Assembly (NCBI GenBank): GCA_947632635.1
Contig: CANRQA010000001.1
Location: 44,809-108,808, forward strand
DNA from: an uncultured Clostridia bacterium
Lineage (GTDB): Bacteria > Bacillota > Clostridia > TANB77 > CAG-465
DNA: 64,000 nucleotides
Direction: 5' to 3'
Both the position numbers and the translations under genes were made by a program. Each line of letters starts with the position of its first letter. Position 1 is the stretch's first letter. This document shows, piece after piece, positions 32,722 to 41,630 of this stretch. Under the pieces are notes generated by a model. It saw only the letters and a program-made list of their open reading frames with translations, searched no databases and was not told the DNA's origin.

Positions 32722-32818
32722 ATCTTTAAGGCATACTTAAAAATAGTATGTCTTTTTATATTTGACATATAAAATATATAATGGTATAATTATATCGAAT
32801 TTTAGGGGGTAATCTATT

Positions 32819-33325
32819 ATGGATAGAAGGGATAAGATAAACTATTATTTAGACATGGCAGATACTGTATTAAAGCGTGGTACTTGCCTTAGAAGAAATT
32901 ATGGAGCAGTTATTGTAAAAAATGATGAGATAATTTCAACAGGTTATACAGGTGCGCCAAGAGGAAGAATTAATTGCAGTGATTATGGCTCATGTGCAAG
33001 ACAAGTTTTAGGTATAAAAAGTGGTGAAAAATATGAATTATGCCGTTCTGTACACGCAGAGCAAAATGCAATAATAAGTGCAGCTAGAAAAGATACAATT
33101 GGTGCAACATTATATCTTGTTGGTAGAGATGCAAATACAGGTGAGTATGTAACTAATACTGATAGTTGCAGTATGTGCAAACGTGTAATTATAAATGCGG
33201 GAATAGATAAAGTTATAGCAAGAATTGATGATACAAATTATAACGTAATAGATGTAAATAAATGGATAGATTATGATGAGGTTTTAGAAGAAAAAGTAAA
33301 ACCTATAGTAGATAATAAAGGATAG
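32819..33325 (+). CDS. comEB: dCMP deaminase (ComEB-like)
   Basis: zinc ligands HAEQNAI and CSMCKRVI (PCxxC). Confidence 0.85.
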   Translation: MDRRDKINYYLDMADTVLKRGTCLRRNYGAVIVKNDEIISTGYTGAPRGRINCSDYGSCARQVLGIKSGEKYELCRSVHAEQNAIISAARKDTIGATLYLVGRDANTGEYVTNTDSCSMCKRVIINAGIDKVIARIDDTNYNVIDVNKWIDYDEVLEEKVKPIVDNKG

Positions 33326-33334
33326 GAGAAATAG

Positions 33335-33826
33335 ATGTCAATTAATATAGTATTAGTAGAGCCAGAGATACCACAAAATACAGGAAATATTGCAAGAACT
33401 TGCGCTGCAATTGGTGCAACTTTGCATTTAGTAGAGCCTTTAGGGTTTGATATAACAGAAAAGGCAGTTAGAAGAGCTGGACTTGATTATTGGGATAAAC
33501 TTAATATTATTACATATGAAAATTTAGATGAGTTTAAAGAGAAAATCAAAACTGATGATTTATATTTACTTTCTACTAAAGCTAAAAAAGTATATTCAGA
33601 TGTAAAATATACAGATAACTCATATATAGTATTTGGACCTGAAACTAGAGGACTACCTGAAAGTTATATACTAGAGCATTTTGATAATGCGGTAAGAATT
33701 CCAATGAGAGAGGGCATTCGTTCGTTAAATTTATCAAATAGTGTTGCACTTGTTGCATATGAAATAGAAAGACAAATTAATTTTAAAAACTTACAAGAGT
33801 TAAGCACATATTTTGATGATAAATAA
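33335..33826 (+). CDS. trmL: tRNA (cytidine/uridine34-2'-O)-methyltransferase TrmL (SpoU family)
   Basis: MSINIVLVEPEIPQNTGNIARTCAAIGATLHLVEPLGF; ~160 aa SpoU-only architecture. Confidence 0.85.
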   Translation: MSINIVLVEPEIPQNTGNIARTCAAIGATLHLVEPLGFDITEKAVRRAGLDYWDKLNIITYENLDEFKEKIKTDDLYLLSTKAKKVYSDVKYTDNSYIVFGPETRGLPESYILEHFDNAVRIPMREGIRSLNLSNSVALVAYEIERQINFKNLQELSTYFDDK

Positions 33827-33889
33827 ATTTAATGTGTAAATTTAATAAATATCACATATAATATTTTTGAGCATATTAGTAAAAAATTA

Positions 33890-33918
33890 TTGACTTTATA
33901 CAATTTCTATTGTATAAT
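33890..33918 (+). promoter_or_regulatory. sigma-A type promoter for tRNA-Met
   Basis: TTGACT-N17-TATAAT, about 14 nt upstream of tRNA 5' end. Confidence 0.55.
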
Positions 33919-33932
33919 TAAGATGTTCATAT

Positions 33933-34009
33933 GGCGGCATAGCTTAGTTGGCTAGAGCGTACGGTTCATACCCGTGAGGTCATTGGTTCAACTCCAATTG
34001 CCGCTACCA
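33933..34009 (+). tRNA. elongator tRNA-Met (anticodon CAT), CCA encoded
   Basis: cloverleaf with acceptor GGCGGCA/TGCCGCT, anticodon loop TTCATAC; G1-base-paired acceptor end and near-identity of D-arm and anticodon arm to Bacillus elongator tRNA-Met argue against initiator or tRNA-Ile2. Confidence 0.9.
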
Positions 34010-34013
34010 AAAA

Positions 34014-34046
34014 ATACATAGGTAGATATCTCCTATGTTTTTTTTA
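34014..34046 (+). terminator. rho-independent terminator after tRNA-Met
   Basis: ACATAGG...CCTATGT stem plus TTTTTTTT. Confidence 0.65.
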
Positions 34047-34120
34047 TTTTTCTTTTCTCCTTTATATTATGAATATTTAATATATCAGTGAATAAAATGA
34101 ATAAAAAGGAGGAATTTGCT

Positions 34121-34753
34121 ATGGAACAAAAGTATCCGTTTAAACTACCTAACTTACCATATCCATATGAGGCATTAGAACCATATATAGATAAAGAAAC
34201 AATGATGTTACATCACGATAAGCATTTAAAGACATATATTGATAACCTAAATAATATTTTAAAAGATTATCCTATGTTTTGGGATTGGACATTAGAAGAA
34301 TTAATAAAAAATATTGCCTCTTTACCTAATGAAATTCAAGAAGAAGTTAGGAATAATGCAGGTGGGGTATATAATCATTTCATGTATTTTGATGTTATTA
34401 GCCCTATAGAAAATAACAAAGAAACACCACTGTTAAAGCAAAAACTTATTGAAGATTTTGGAAGTTTAGAAAACTTTTTTAATTTATTTAAAGAGGCTGC
34501 AAAAAAACAATTTGGTTCAGGATACGCATTTTTAGTTATTGATAAAAATGGCAATTTAAAAATTGTAAATAAAGAAAATCAAGATAACCCACTAGAGGAT
34601 AATTTATATCCAATACTTTTAATTGATGTATGGGAACACGCATATTATTTAAAATACAATAATAGAAGGGGAGAATATATAGATAGCTTTATGAAATTAA
34701 TAAACTGGAGAAACGTAGAAGAAAACTATATGAACAACAAAAAAGGGCAATAA
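34121..34753 (+). CDS. sodA: Fe/Mn superoxide dismutase
   Basis: LPYPYEALEPYIDKETMMLHHDKHLKTY and DVWEHAYYL metal-ligand motifs; ATG 34121 after AGGAGG (track begins at 34088). Confidence 0.9.
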   Translation: MEQKYPFKLPNLPYPYEALEPYIDKETMMLHHDKHLKTYIDNLNNILKDYPMFWDWTLEELIKNIASLPNEIQEEVRNNAGGVYNHFMYFDVISPIENNKETPLLKQKLIEDFGSLENFFNLFKEAAKKQFGSGYAFLVIDKNGNLKIVNKENQDNPLEDNLYPILLIDVWEHAYYLKYNNRRGEYIDSFMKLINWRNVEENYMNNKKGQ

Positions 34754-34799
34754 AAGCCCTTTTTAATTATGAATATTTTTAGATGTAAAATAACTATAT

Positions 34800-35345
34800 T
34801 CATAGTTTCTTTAAATAAAATTTTTCTATCATATCTCCTGGATAATCATATAATGCTAAAGTGTCAAAAGATATATAAAAAGGGGTAAAGTTTTCCTTTA
34901 ATTTATTTTGTAATTTCAATATCTTTTCATAGTTATTATCGATATGTAAGGTCATATGAAAAGTAAAATTATCTGGGTTATATTTTTCTTTTGGAAACAC
35001 ATTATAAAATATTCTTTGAAGATTTTTTAGTTTTTCAGAGTTCTCTACTTGTAAATATAAACAGTAACTATCATATTTTGCTTTCATTATTTTTATATCA
35101 TCAATTTTAACTTCTATTTTATCAATATTTATTTTTTTTGCAATTTCAATTATTTGATTTTGGTTTTGCTTATCCGTTGCAAAAATAGTAAAATGATATG
35201 GTAGAGTATCTAATTCATATCTTTTCTTATCATTAATTCCAAAAGGCATTTTACAAGTTTTTTCTTTAGATTCGTTCATTAATTTGTTAATTTTATCTAT
35301 TTCATATTGATTTATAAGACTAATTAGAGTTATTCTTTTGTTCAT
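34800..35345 (-). CDS. 2H phosphoesterase superfamily protein (LigT/ThpR-like RNA 2',3'-cyclic phosphodiesterase)
   Basis: two H-x-T-x motifs (HFTIF and HMTLH) with appropriate spacing. Confidence 0.55.
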   Translation of the reverse strand: MNKRITLISLINQYEIDKINKLMNESKEKTCKMPFGINDKKRYELDTLPYHFTIFATDKQNQNQIIEIAKKINIDKIEVKIDDIKIMKAKYDSYCLYLQVENSEKLKNLQRIFYNVFPKEKYNPDNFTFHMTLHIDNNYEKILKLQNKLKENFTPFYISFDTLALYDYPGDMIEKFYLKKL

Positions 35346-36517
35346 TGTACTTTTTTCCTCCTTAAATATATTAAATAGTAGCTAAGTCCAATTTGAAAAA
35401 TCATAAAAAAAGCAGATAGTCCAAACATATATCTTAAACCAATTTCATACATTATACCACATAGAAATACACCAATAGCTTCACCTAGATATTTAATAGT
35501 ATATTTAAAATTAGTAAATGATAATTGATATTTATTTTCAACATCATTTATATAGTATCCCTCAGAAACATTTTCATATGCAGTTGATATTAATATAGAC
35601 CAAGTTATCGCAATTAAGGTAATAATTAAATTATTTGATAAGAAGGCAATTAGATAAGCTGTAAATCGTATACCAAATTTTATGGTTATAGTAATATAAT
35701 CATTTTTTGGTGTAAAATATTTTAAAGCTAAAATACCAATTAAATCAGCAAATAATCCCACTACCAATAAATAGTTAGTTGCCTGATTATCTGTAAAATG
35801 AAAATAGTTTGTTAAGGTTAGCATTTTTAAGCCTAATGCTGTTTGCATAGCTATAGCACCTATAAAACTGTATAGTATATATATAATTTGCAATTTATTA
35901 TGTAGTATATATTTAATTATAGGTTTTCTTTCATTTTCTTGGTTATCTATATTTTTACAAGCTGTCATATTTAGCATAATTATTATAGAGAATAGTAAAA
36001 ATATTGAGGATATTAATAGACAAAAATTATAGTCTATTAAAATTCCTATATTTTTACCTATTAATAGCCCTCCAAATAAAATACCTATATCTTTAAAAAG
36101 ATATTCTGTTAATTTTCTTTTACTATATATTGTATTATTTTTAATAATTGTAGTTATTAGAGGGTATATGCTAGTTGTAATTAAATAACTTGTTAATACA
36201 TCTATTATTATAGAAAATTTTATAAAATTATAACTATTAGAATGATTTAGAGTTAATAAAAACATTAAATTTACAAATTTAATAATTAGAGAAAAACTTA
36301 TAAAGTTTTTTAATTTATTTAACTTAATATACTTACCAACAAAAAATATTCCAAATACACTTATTAAAGTTCCTAAACTGATTATATTACCTATATTAAT
36401 TGGAGAAAAATTATTGTCTTGTAGCCATAGTTGCCTAAAGTTTTCCCACAATCCTATAGAAATGCTAAAAAAAGCTAACATTACTAAAATTTGATTTTCA
36501 CTTTTTATATTTTTCAT
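35342..36517 (-). CDS. MFS-type transporter (about 12 TM helices)
   Basis: 391-aa polytopic membrane protein with the two-halves MFS-like layout; overlaps downstream gene by 4 nt. Confidence 0.55.
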   Translation of the reverse strand: MKNIKSENQILVMLAFFSISIGLWENFRQLWLQDNNFSPINIGNIISLGTLISVFGIFFVGKYIKLNKLKNFISFSLIIKFVNLMFLLTLNHSNSYNFIKFSIIIDVLTSYLITTSIYPLITTIIKNNTIYSKRKLTEYLFKDIGILFGGLLIGKNIGILIDYNFCLLISSIFLLFSIIIMLNMTACKNIDNQENERKPIIKYILHNKLQIIYILYSFIGAIAMQTALGLKMLTLTNYFHFTDNQATNYLLVVGLFADLIGILALKYFTPKNDYITITIKFGIRFTAYLIAFLSNNLIITLIAITWSILISTAYENVSEGYYINDVENKYQLSFTNFKYTIKYLGEAIGVFLCGIMYEIGLRYMFGLSAFFMIFQIGLSYYLIYLRRKKVQ

Positions 36518-36591
36518 TTATTGCTCCATTTCACTATAAAATTATATTTTCTTATTAATATATCGTATATTACAATTATAAATTATAAATT

Positions 36592-37449
36592 TTAAAAAAT
36601 AAATCCAATTAATAGTCCTGCAATACTTCCAATTAAATATACACTTGCAAGAATTTTTAAATTCTCTTTAAAATTTTTATTTACTTTAAAAAGCACTGCA
36701 AGTCCAACTCCAGCACCTGTTGAAAGTCCTGCTATTATTGAGGCAAATGAAAGATTTCCTGCTATATATAACTCTGTTAAAATAACAGAAGATGCACAGT
36801 TTGGTATAAGCCCTATAATTCCTGCAATAAATGGTTGAAAAATATTACCATTCATTAAAACTTTAGATAAATTTTCTTCACCAATAAAATAAATTGAAGT
36901 ATTTAAAACAAATGCAACAATTAAAATAAATATCAAAGTATTTAAAGTATGTCTTAGAGCAGCTTTAATAATTCCATGTTCATGTTCACAGTCACAATTT
37001 GAACACATCTCATGCATATGTTCATGCGCAATATCAATATCACTATTTAGATTATGTTTTTTCCTAAAAATTAAATCAATAATTGTACCAGCAACTATTG
37101 CAATTATTAGTTTAACAATTAAAATCTTTACTATATCAAAATAATTTTCGGGATGAGAAAGTAACACAGGAATTGCTTCATCAGAAGTAGCTATAAAAAC
37201 AGAAATAAGTGTTCCTATAGTTATAACACGACTAGCATATAAATTAGAAGCAGTAACTGAAAAACCACATTGGGGTACAAGCCCTAAAGCGCCTCCTATT
37301 GTTGGTCCAAATTTACCAGACTTTTTCAAAATTTTCCCTAAATCTTTTGAAGATTTATGTTCAATATATTCAATTAATAGATATGAAAGAAAAAGAAATG
37401 GGATAAGTTTAATTGAATCTATTAATGTATCAATTATAACATCTAGCAT
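36592..37449 (-). CDS. two-repeat permease (DUF318/YraQ-ArsP-like) with a His/Cys-rich cytoplasmic loop
   Basis: repeated P(Q/N)C(G/A)xS motifs in two membrane halves and central loop HEHMHEMCSNCDCEHEHG suggesting metal handling. Confidence 0.5.
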   Translation of the reverse strand: MLDVIIDTLIDSIKLIPFLFLSYLLIEYIEHKSSKDLGKILKKSGKFGPTIGGALGLVPQCGFSVTASNLYASRVITIGTLISVFIATSDEAIPVLLSHPENYFDIVKILIVKLIIAIVAGTIIDLIFRKKHNLNSDIDIAHEHMHEMCSNCDCEHEHGIIKAALRHTLNTLIFILIVAFVLNTSIYFIGEENLSKVLMNGNIFQPFIAGIIGLIPNCASSVILTELYIAGNLSFASIIAGLSTGAGVGLAVLFKVNKNFKENLKILASVYLIGSIAGLLIGFIF

Positions 37450-37470
37450 ATATCCTCCTATAAATAATTA

Positions 37471-37505
37471 AAGAAAAATACTGAAAACACAGAATTTTCA
37501 GTATT
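37471..37505 (-). terminator. rho-independent terminator after tRNA-fMet (minus strand)
   Basis: AATACTGAAAA...TTTTCAGTATT inverted repeat followed on the minus strand by a T-run. Confidence 0.6.
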
Positions 37506-37511
37506 ATTGTG

Positions 37512-37587
<76 letters not shown>

Positions 37588-37603
37588 ATATGCTTATGTT
37601 ATA

Positions 37604-37632
37604 AGTATAATATATTAAAAATAAAAAGTCAA
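37604..37632 (-). promoter_or_regulatory. promoter for tRNA-fMet (minus strand)
   Basis: minus-strand TTGACT-N17-TATACT. Confidence 0.5.
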
Positions 37633-37793
37633 GTAGTTATGCAAAAAATGTTTACTTTTTAGTAAAAATAATTATCATATAGAAATATTTTATGCAAAAA
37701 AATTTGAAAAATGCAAAAATATGTATATAAATATTAATATTCATACTATATTTTTTTAGTTATATGTTATATAATATTTAATAGGTAATTTAT

Positions 37794-38483
37794 ATGAATA
37801 AAAGTTTAGTATTAAAAATAATAAAAGTTATATTAATGATGATTACAATAGGGATTTTAATATATTTAACAATAAAATTTATACCATTATTTAAAAAACT
37901 TGCAACTGTGGAAGGGCAAGAGGCATTCAAATCAAAAGTAGAAGAACTTGGAATATTTGGCCCTTTACTTGTAGTAGGTCTTGTTATTTTACAAGTGCTT
38001 GTTGCTTTTTTACCGGGTGAGCCAGTTGAGATACTTGCGGGAATGTGCCTTGGAACATTTGGTGGTCTTATTGCAACATTAATTGGTGCATCTATAAGTT
38101 CAAGTATAGTATTTTTCTTTGTTAGAAAATTTGGTATTGATTTTATATCAATATTTTTTGGAAAAGAAAATATAGTAAAATTTCAAAACAGTAAACTACT
38201 TAAAGATAAGAAAAAAATAGAAGTTTTTATGGCGATTATGTTTTTTATACCGGGAACTCCAAAGGATTTATTTACATATCTTGCAGGACTACTTGATATA
38301 AAAATGATTAGATTTGTATTAATATCAACAATTGCAAGAATTCCATCTGTTATTACTTCTACAATTGTTGGGGCAAATCTAGTAAATGGAAATATAGCAA
38401 TAAGTATAATAACTTTTGTAATTACTTTATTTATTTCAATTATAGGTGTATTAATTGGAAGAAAAATTCACAAAAAAATATAG
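37794..38483 (+). CDS. DedA/TVP38-family membrane protein
   Basis: VILQVLVAFLPGEPVEILAGMCLGTFGG and downstream FIPGTPKDLFTYLAG motif typical of the family. Confidence 0.75.
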   Translation: MNKSLVLKIIKVILMMITIGILIYLTIKFIPLFKKLATVEGQEAFKSKVEELGIFGPLLVVGLVILQVLVAFLPGEPVEILAGMCLGTFGGLIATLIGASISSSIVFFFVRKFGIDFISIFFGKENIVKFQNSKLLKDKKKIEVFMAIMFFIPGTPKDLFTYLAGLLDIKMIRFVLISTIARIPSVITSTIVGANLVNGNIAISIITFVITLFISIIGVLIGRKIHKKI

Positions 38484-38568
38484 ATATTTTAACAGAATTA
38501 TGTTATACTATATATGAAAAATTATAATATATATGGGGTAAGCTGAATATAATGTATAAGGTGATTGT

Positions 38569-39192
38569 ATGAGTAAACCCTCATTGTTATTTGTTATAGT
38601 TTCTTTAGTTGTATTAATGTTTTATGTTGCATTTGAAATATATTTGCTTATGGTAAATGATGTAAAAGAAAATACTGATATAAACGCAGTAAATAATACT
38701 CAAGAAGAAAGTATTAATAGTGAAATTAATTCATATATAGATAAAATAGATAATGTAATACTATGTATATATGAAAAAGATATTACAGGAAGATATTTAA
38801 CACTTGAACAAAAAGAATATATAACTAAAATGTATATAAACTATTACAAAGGAACATATATAGGTGATATAGTTTCAAATAATTTAGGTGAAGAATATAT
38901 TAGTTTAGATGCGTATAAAAAAGCATATGAAGTAGTTTTTAATCCTGTTGATATAGAAAAAGAAATATATAGTGATAATGTGTTACTACCTACATTTAAT
39001 ATTGGAAAAGTATATTTAGATAATTATAAAATTTTATCTTATAATCTAACAGATAATCTTCATACTGTAGAAGTTGAATATACAAGTAATTTAGGTAATT
39101 ATAACTTTAATTTTAAAGTTAGTTATTATATAGTAGAATATGATAAAAATAAATTTAATTTAGAGGGATTTATTATAGAAGGTGAAAATTAA
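38569..39192 (+). CDS. hypothetical membrane-anchored protein
   Basis: 207-aa ORF, N-terminal TM helix, Tyr/Asn-rich soluble domain. Confidence 0.45.
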   Translation: MSKPSLLFVIVSLVVLMFYVAFEIYLLMVNDVKENTDINAVNNTQEESINSEINSYIDKIDNVILCIYEKDITGRYLTLEQKEYITKMYINYYKGTYIGDIVSNNLGEEYISLDAYKKAYEVVFNPVDIEKEIYSDNVLLPTFNIGKVYLDNYKILSYNLTDNLHTVEVEYTSNLGNYNFNFKVSYYIVEYDKNKFNLEGFIIEGEN

Positions 39193-39194
39193 TA

Positions 39195-40886
39195 ATGGAT
39201 AAACAAGAAAGGAAAAATGGTAAAAGGAAAAGGACAAGCTCTAATGAAGCACAAGTTAGAAAAAATTTGCCAGTAAAAACTAAAAATAAAACAAGAAAAA
39301 TAGGTAAAATAGAAACTCTTGCTATTATTTTTTCATTTATTATTCTTTTACTAATAGTAATGTTTGCTACACTTTATCTTACACTTAATATTTATCTATA
39401 TGTAAATGCTAAAGCTAATAATAATGAAATAACATTTACAAGTTATTTTAGGTATTTATTAATTGATAAAATAGTAGTAGATGAACTAAAAGAAAAAGAA
39501 AAAAGCGTAAATATAATATATAACAATTCAACATATACTATTCCAGTATTACAAAAAGTATTAGATATTGAATTAAATATTAATGAACACGCTAAATTTG
39601 AAAATGAAATAATAAAAGATATTGAATGCTTGTATATTAGAAATGGTCATTATAACTTAGTTAAATTAAAACTTCCAGATTATCTTGCGTGTAAAAATAA
39701 ACTGGATATATATACTTTAAATAATGATGATACTATAACAGAATATAAAAAAGGGGCAATTGTAAATCAAGATGGAACAATTAATATAGAGAAAAAAGAG
39801 GAGTCAAAAGGTTATATAGTTATATATGTTCCATTACTTGATGTTATAGTAAATGACTCAGTTGATGTTATTGGACTTAGTAAAGGCGAAGAAACTAAAT
39901 TAAATTTAAAATTTGTACCAAGTAATGCAACAAACACAGAAATAAGATATATAGCTTATGAGAATTCAAAAATAAATGTTAATGATTTAGTTTTAACAGG
40001 TAACGAAATAGGAGATGAGAAACTAACACTTGAAAGTATCTATGATAATGTAAAGTTTGATATAAATTTTCATATTGCAAATTATGTAAAAGATATTCAG
40101 TTTAATGTGGAAACTTTAAATCTAATAGTTGGAAATAGCTATACTTTAAAATATACTATAATTCCAGAGGATGCTGAAAATCCTAATTTAAGTTTTTCTA
40201 CAAATGATGAAAACATTGCAACAATTAATGATTTAGTAATTAGGGGAATAAATCCGGGTAGTTGTACAGTAACGGCATCTACTACTGAGGGAGCTTTATT
40301 TTCAAAAAGTATTACTGTAAATGTAAAAGAAAAACCAACAGTAACAACTGAAAATGGTGGAGGAGCAAGTGGGCTTACATATATACAGGGAATTTTAATA
40401 GCAAATAAAACTTACGCACTTCCTGCAGATTATAACCCGGGAGTAAATGCAGAGGCTATGGCAGCATTTAACAAGATGAAAGCTGCAGCACAAAACGAGG
40501 GAATAGCTTTGTGGATTGCGTCTGGTTTTAGGTCTTATGCTACTCAACAAGGACTATATGCAAGATATGTAAGCACTTACGGTAAAGAGGCAGCAGATAC
40601 TTTTTCTGCTAGGGCTGGACATTCTGAACATCAAACAGGTTTAGCATTTGATTTAAACTACATTGAAGATTGGTTTGGAGATACAAAAGAGGGAAAATGG
40701 CTTGCTGCTAATTCATATAAATATGGGTTTATAATACGTTATCCAAAAAGCAAAGAACAAATAACTGGTTATAAATATGAGCCTTGGCATGTAAGATATT
40801 TAGGTGAGTCGGTAGCAACTGCTGTATATAATAGTGGTTTATGTTTAGAGGAATATTTAGGGATAAATTCTGTTTATTCATATTAG
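39195..40886 (+). CDS. membrane-anchored D-alanyl-D-alanine carboxypeptidase (VanY / peptidase M15B) with Big_2-like Ig domains
   Basis: C-terminal SGFRSYATQ, GHSEHQTGLAFDL and EPWH zinc-binding motifs; central region with bacterial Ig-like repeats; N-terminal TM helix. Confidence 0.75.
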   Translation: MDKQERKNGKRKRTSSNEAQVRKNLPVKTKNKTRKIGKIETLAIIFSFIILLLIVMFATLYLTLNIYLYVNAKANNNEITFTSYFRYLLIDKIVVDELKEKEKSVNIIYNNSTYTIPVLQKVLDIELNINEHAKFENEIIKDIECLYIRNGHYNLVKLKLPDYLACKNKLDIYTLNNDDTITEYKKGAIVNQDGTINIEKKEESKGYIVIYVPLLDVIVNDSVDVIGLSKGEETKLNLKFVPSNATNTEIRYIAYENSKINVNDLVLTGNEIGDEKLTLESIYDNVKFDINFHIANYVKDIQFNVETLNLIVGNSYTLKYTIIPEDAENPNLSFSTNDENIATINDLVIRGINPGSCTVTASTTEGALFSKSITVNVKEKPTVTTENGGGASGLTYIQGILIANKTYALPADYNPGVNAEAMAAFNKMKAAAQNEGIALWIASGFRSYATQQGLYARYVSTYGKEAADTFSARAGHSEHQTGLAFDLNYIEDWFGDTKEGKWLAANSYKYGFIIRYPKSKEQITGYKYEPWHVRYLGESVATAVYNSGLCLEEYLGINSVYSY

Positions 40887-40916
40887 TATATAAAATTTGA
40901 AAGGAGAGATTAACTT

Positions 40917-41594
40917 ATGAATAGATTTTCAAATATATTATGGGGTGTCCTTTTTATAGCACTTGCAGTTATATTAGGACTTAATGGTTTAGGATATTTT
41001 AAAATAAATATATTTTTTAAAGGTTGGTGGACTTTATTAATTATTATTCCTTGTTTTATAGATTTATTTGGGGATCATGATAAACTTGGGGATTTAATAG
41101 GCATACTTGTAGGAATAATATTGCTATTAATAGTAAGAGATATATTAGACTTTGATATGATCAAGAAACTAATAATACCAGTAATATTATTTATCATTGG
41201 TGTTTACCTTATATTTAAAGACGCTATAAATAAAGAAGTAAGTGGAAAGATACGAACTTTAAATAAAGATGATTTAGATAACTATTCTGCAACTTTTACA
41301 GAAAAGAAAGTTAATATAAATAACGGAGAGTTTAAAGGTGCAAATCTAAATACTATATTTGGCTCTATCAACTTTGATTTTGTAAATACTAAACTTGCTC
41401 AAGATAAAGTTATAAACGCAAGTAGTGTATTTGGTGGTATTGTTATAAACCCACCTAAAAATATAAATATTCGTGTAAAATCAACTGCTTTATTTGGTGG
41501 AGTTACAAATAAACTTGGTGAGGGGTTTGATGAAAACTTAAAGACAGTATATATAAATGCTTTTTCTTTGTTTGGCGGAATTGAAATAAAATAA
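40917..41594 (+). CDS. LiaF-like membrane protein (cell-envelope stress module, DUF2154-like C-terminal domain)
   Basis: four N-terminal TM helices, C-terminal beta-rich region with repeated FGG(I/V) motifs (SSVFGGIVIN, ALFGGVTN, SLFGGIEI). Confidence 0.5.
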   Translation: MNRFSNILWGVLFIALAVILGLNGLGYFKINIFFKGWWTLLIIIPCFIDLFGDHDKLGDLIGILVGIILLLIVRDILDFDMIKKLIIPVILFIIGVYLIFKDAINKEVSGKIRTLNKDDLDNYSATFTEKKVNINNGEFKGANLNTIFGSINFDFVNTKLAQDKVINASSVFGGIVINPPKNINIRVKSTALFGGVTNKLGEGFDENLKTVYINAFSLFGGIEIK

Positions 41595-41630
41595 TTTTAA
41601 TATAAAAATAAATTGAAGGAGTGATTTAAG

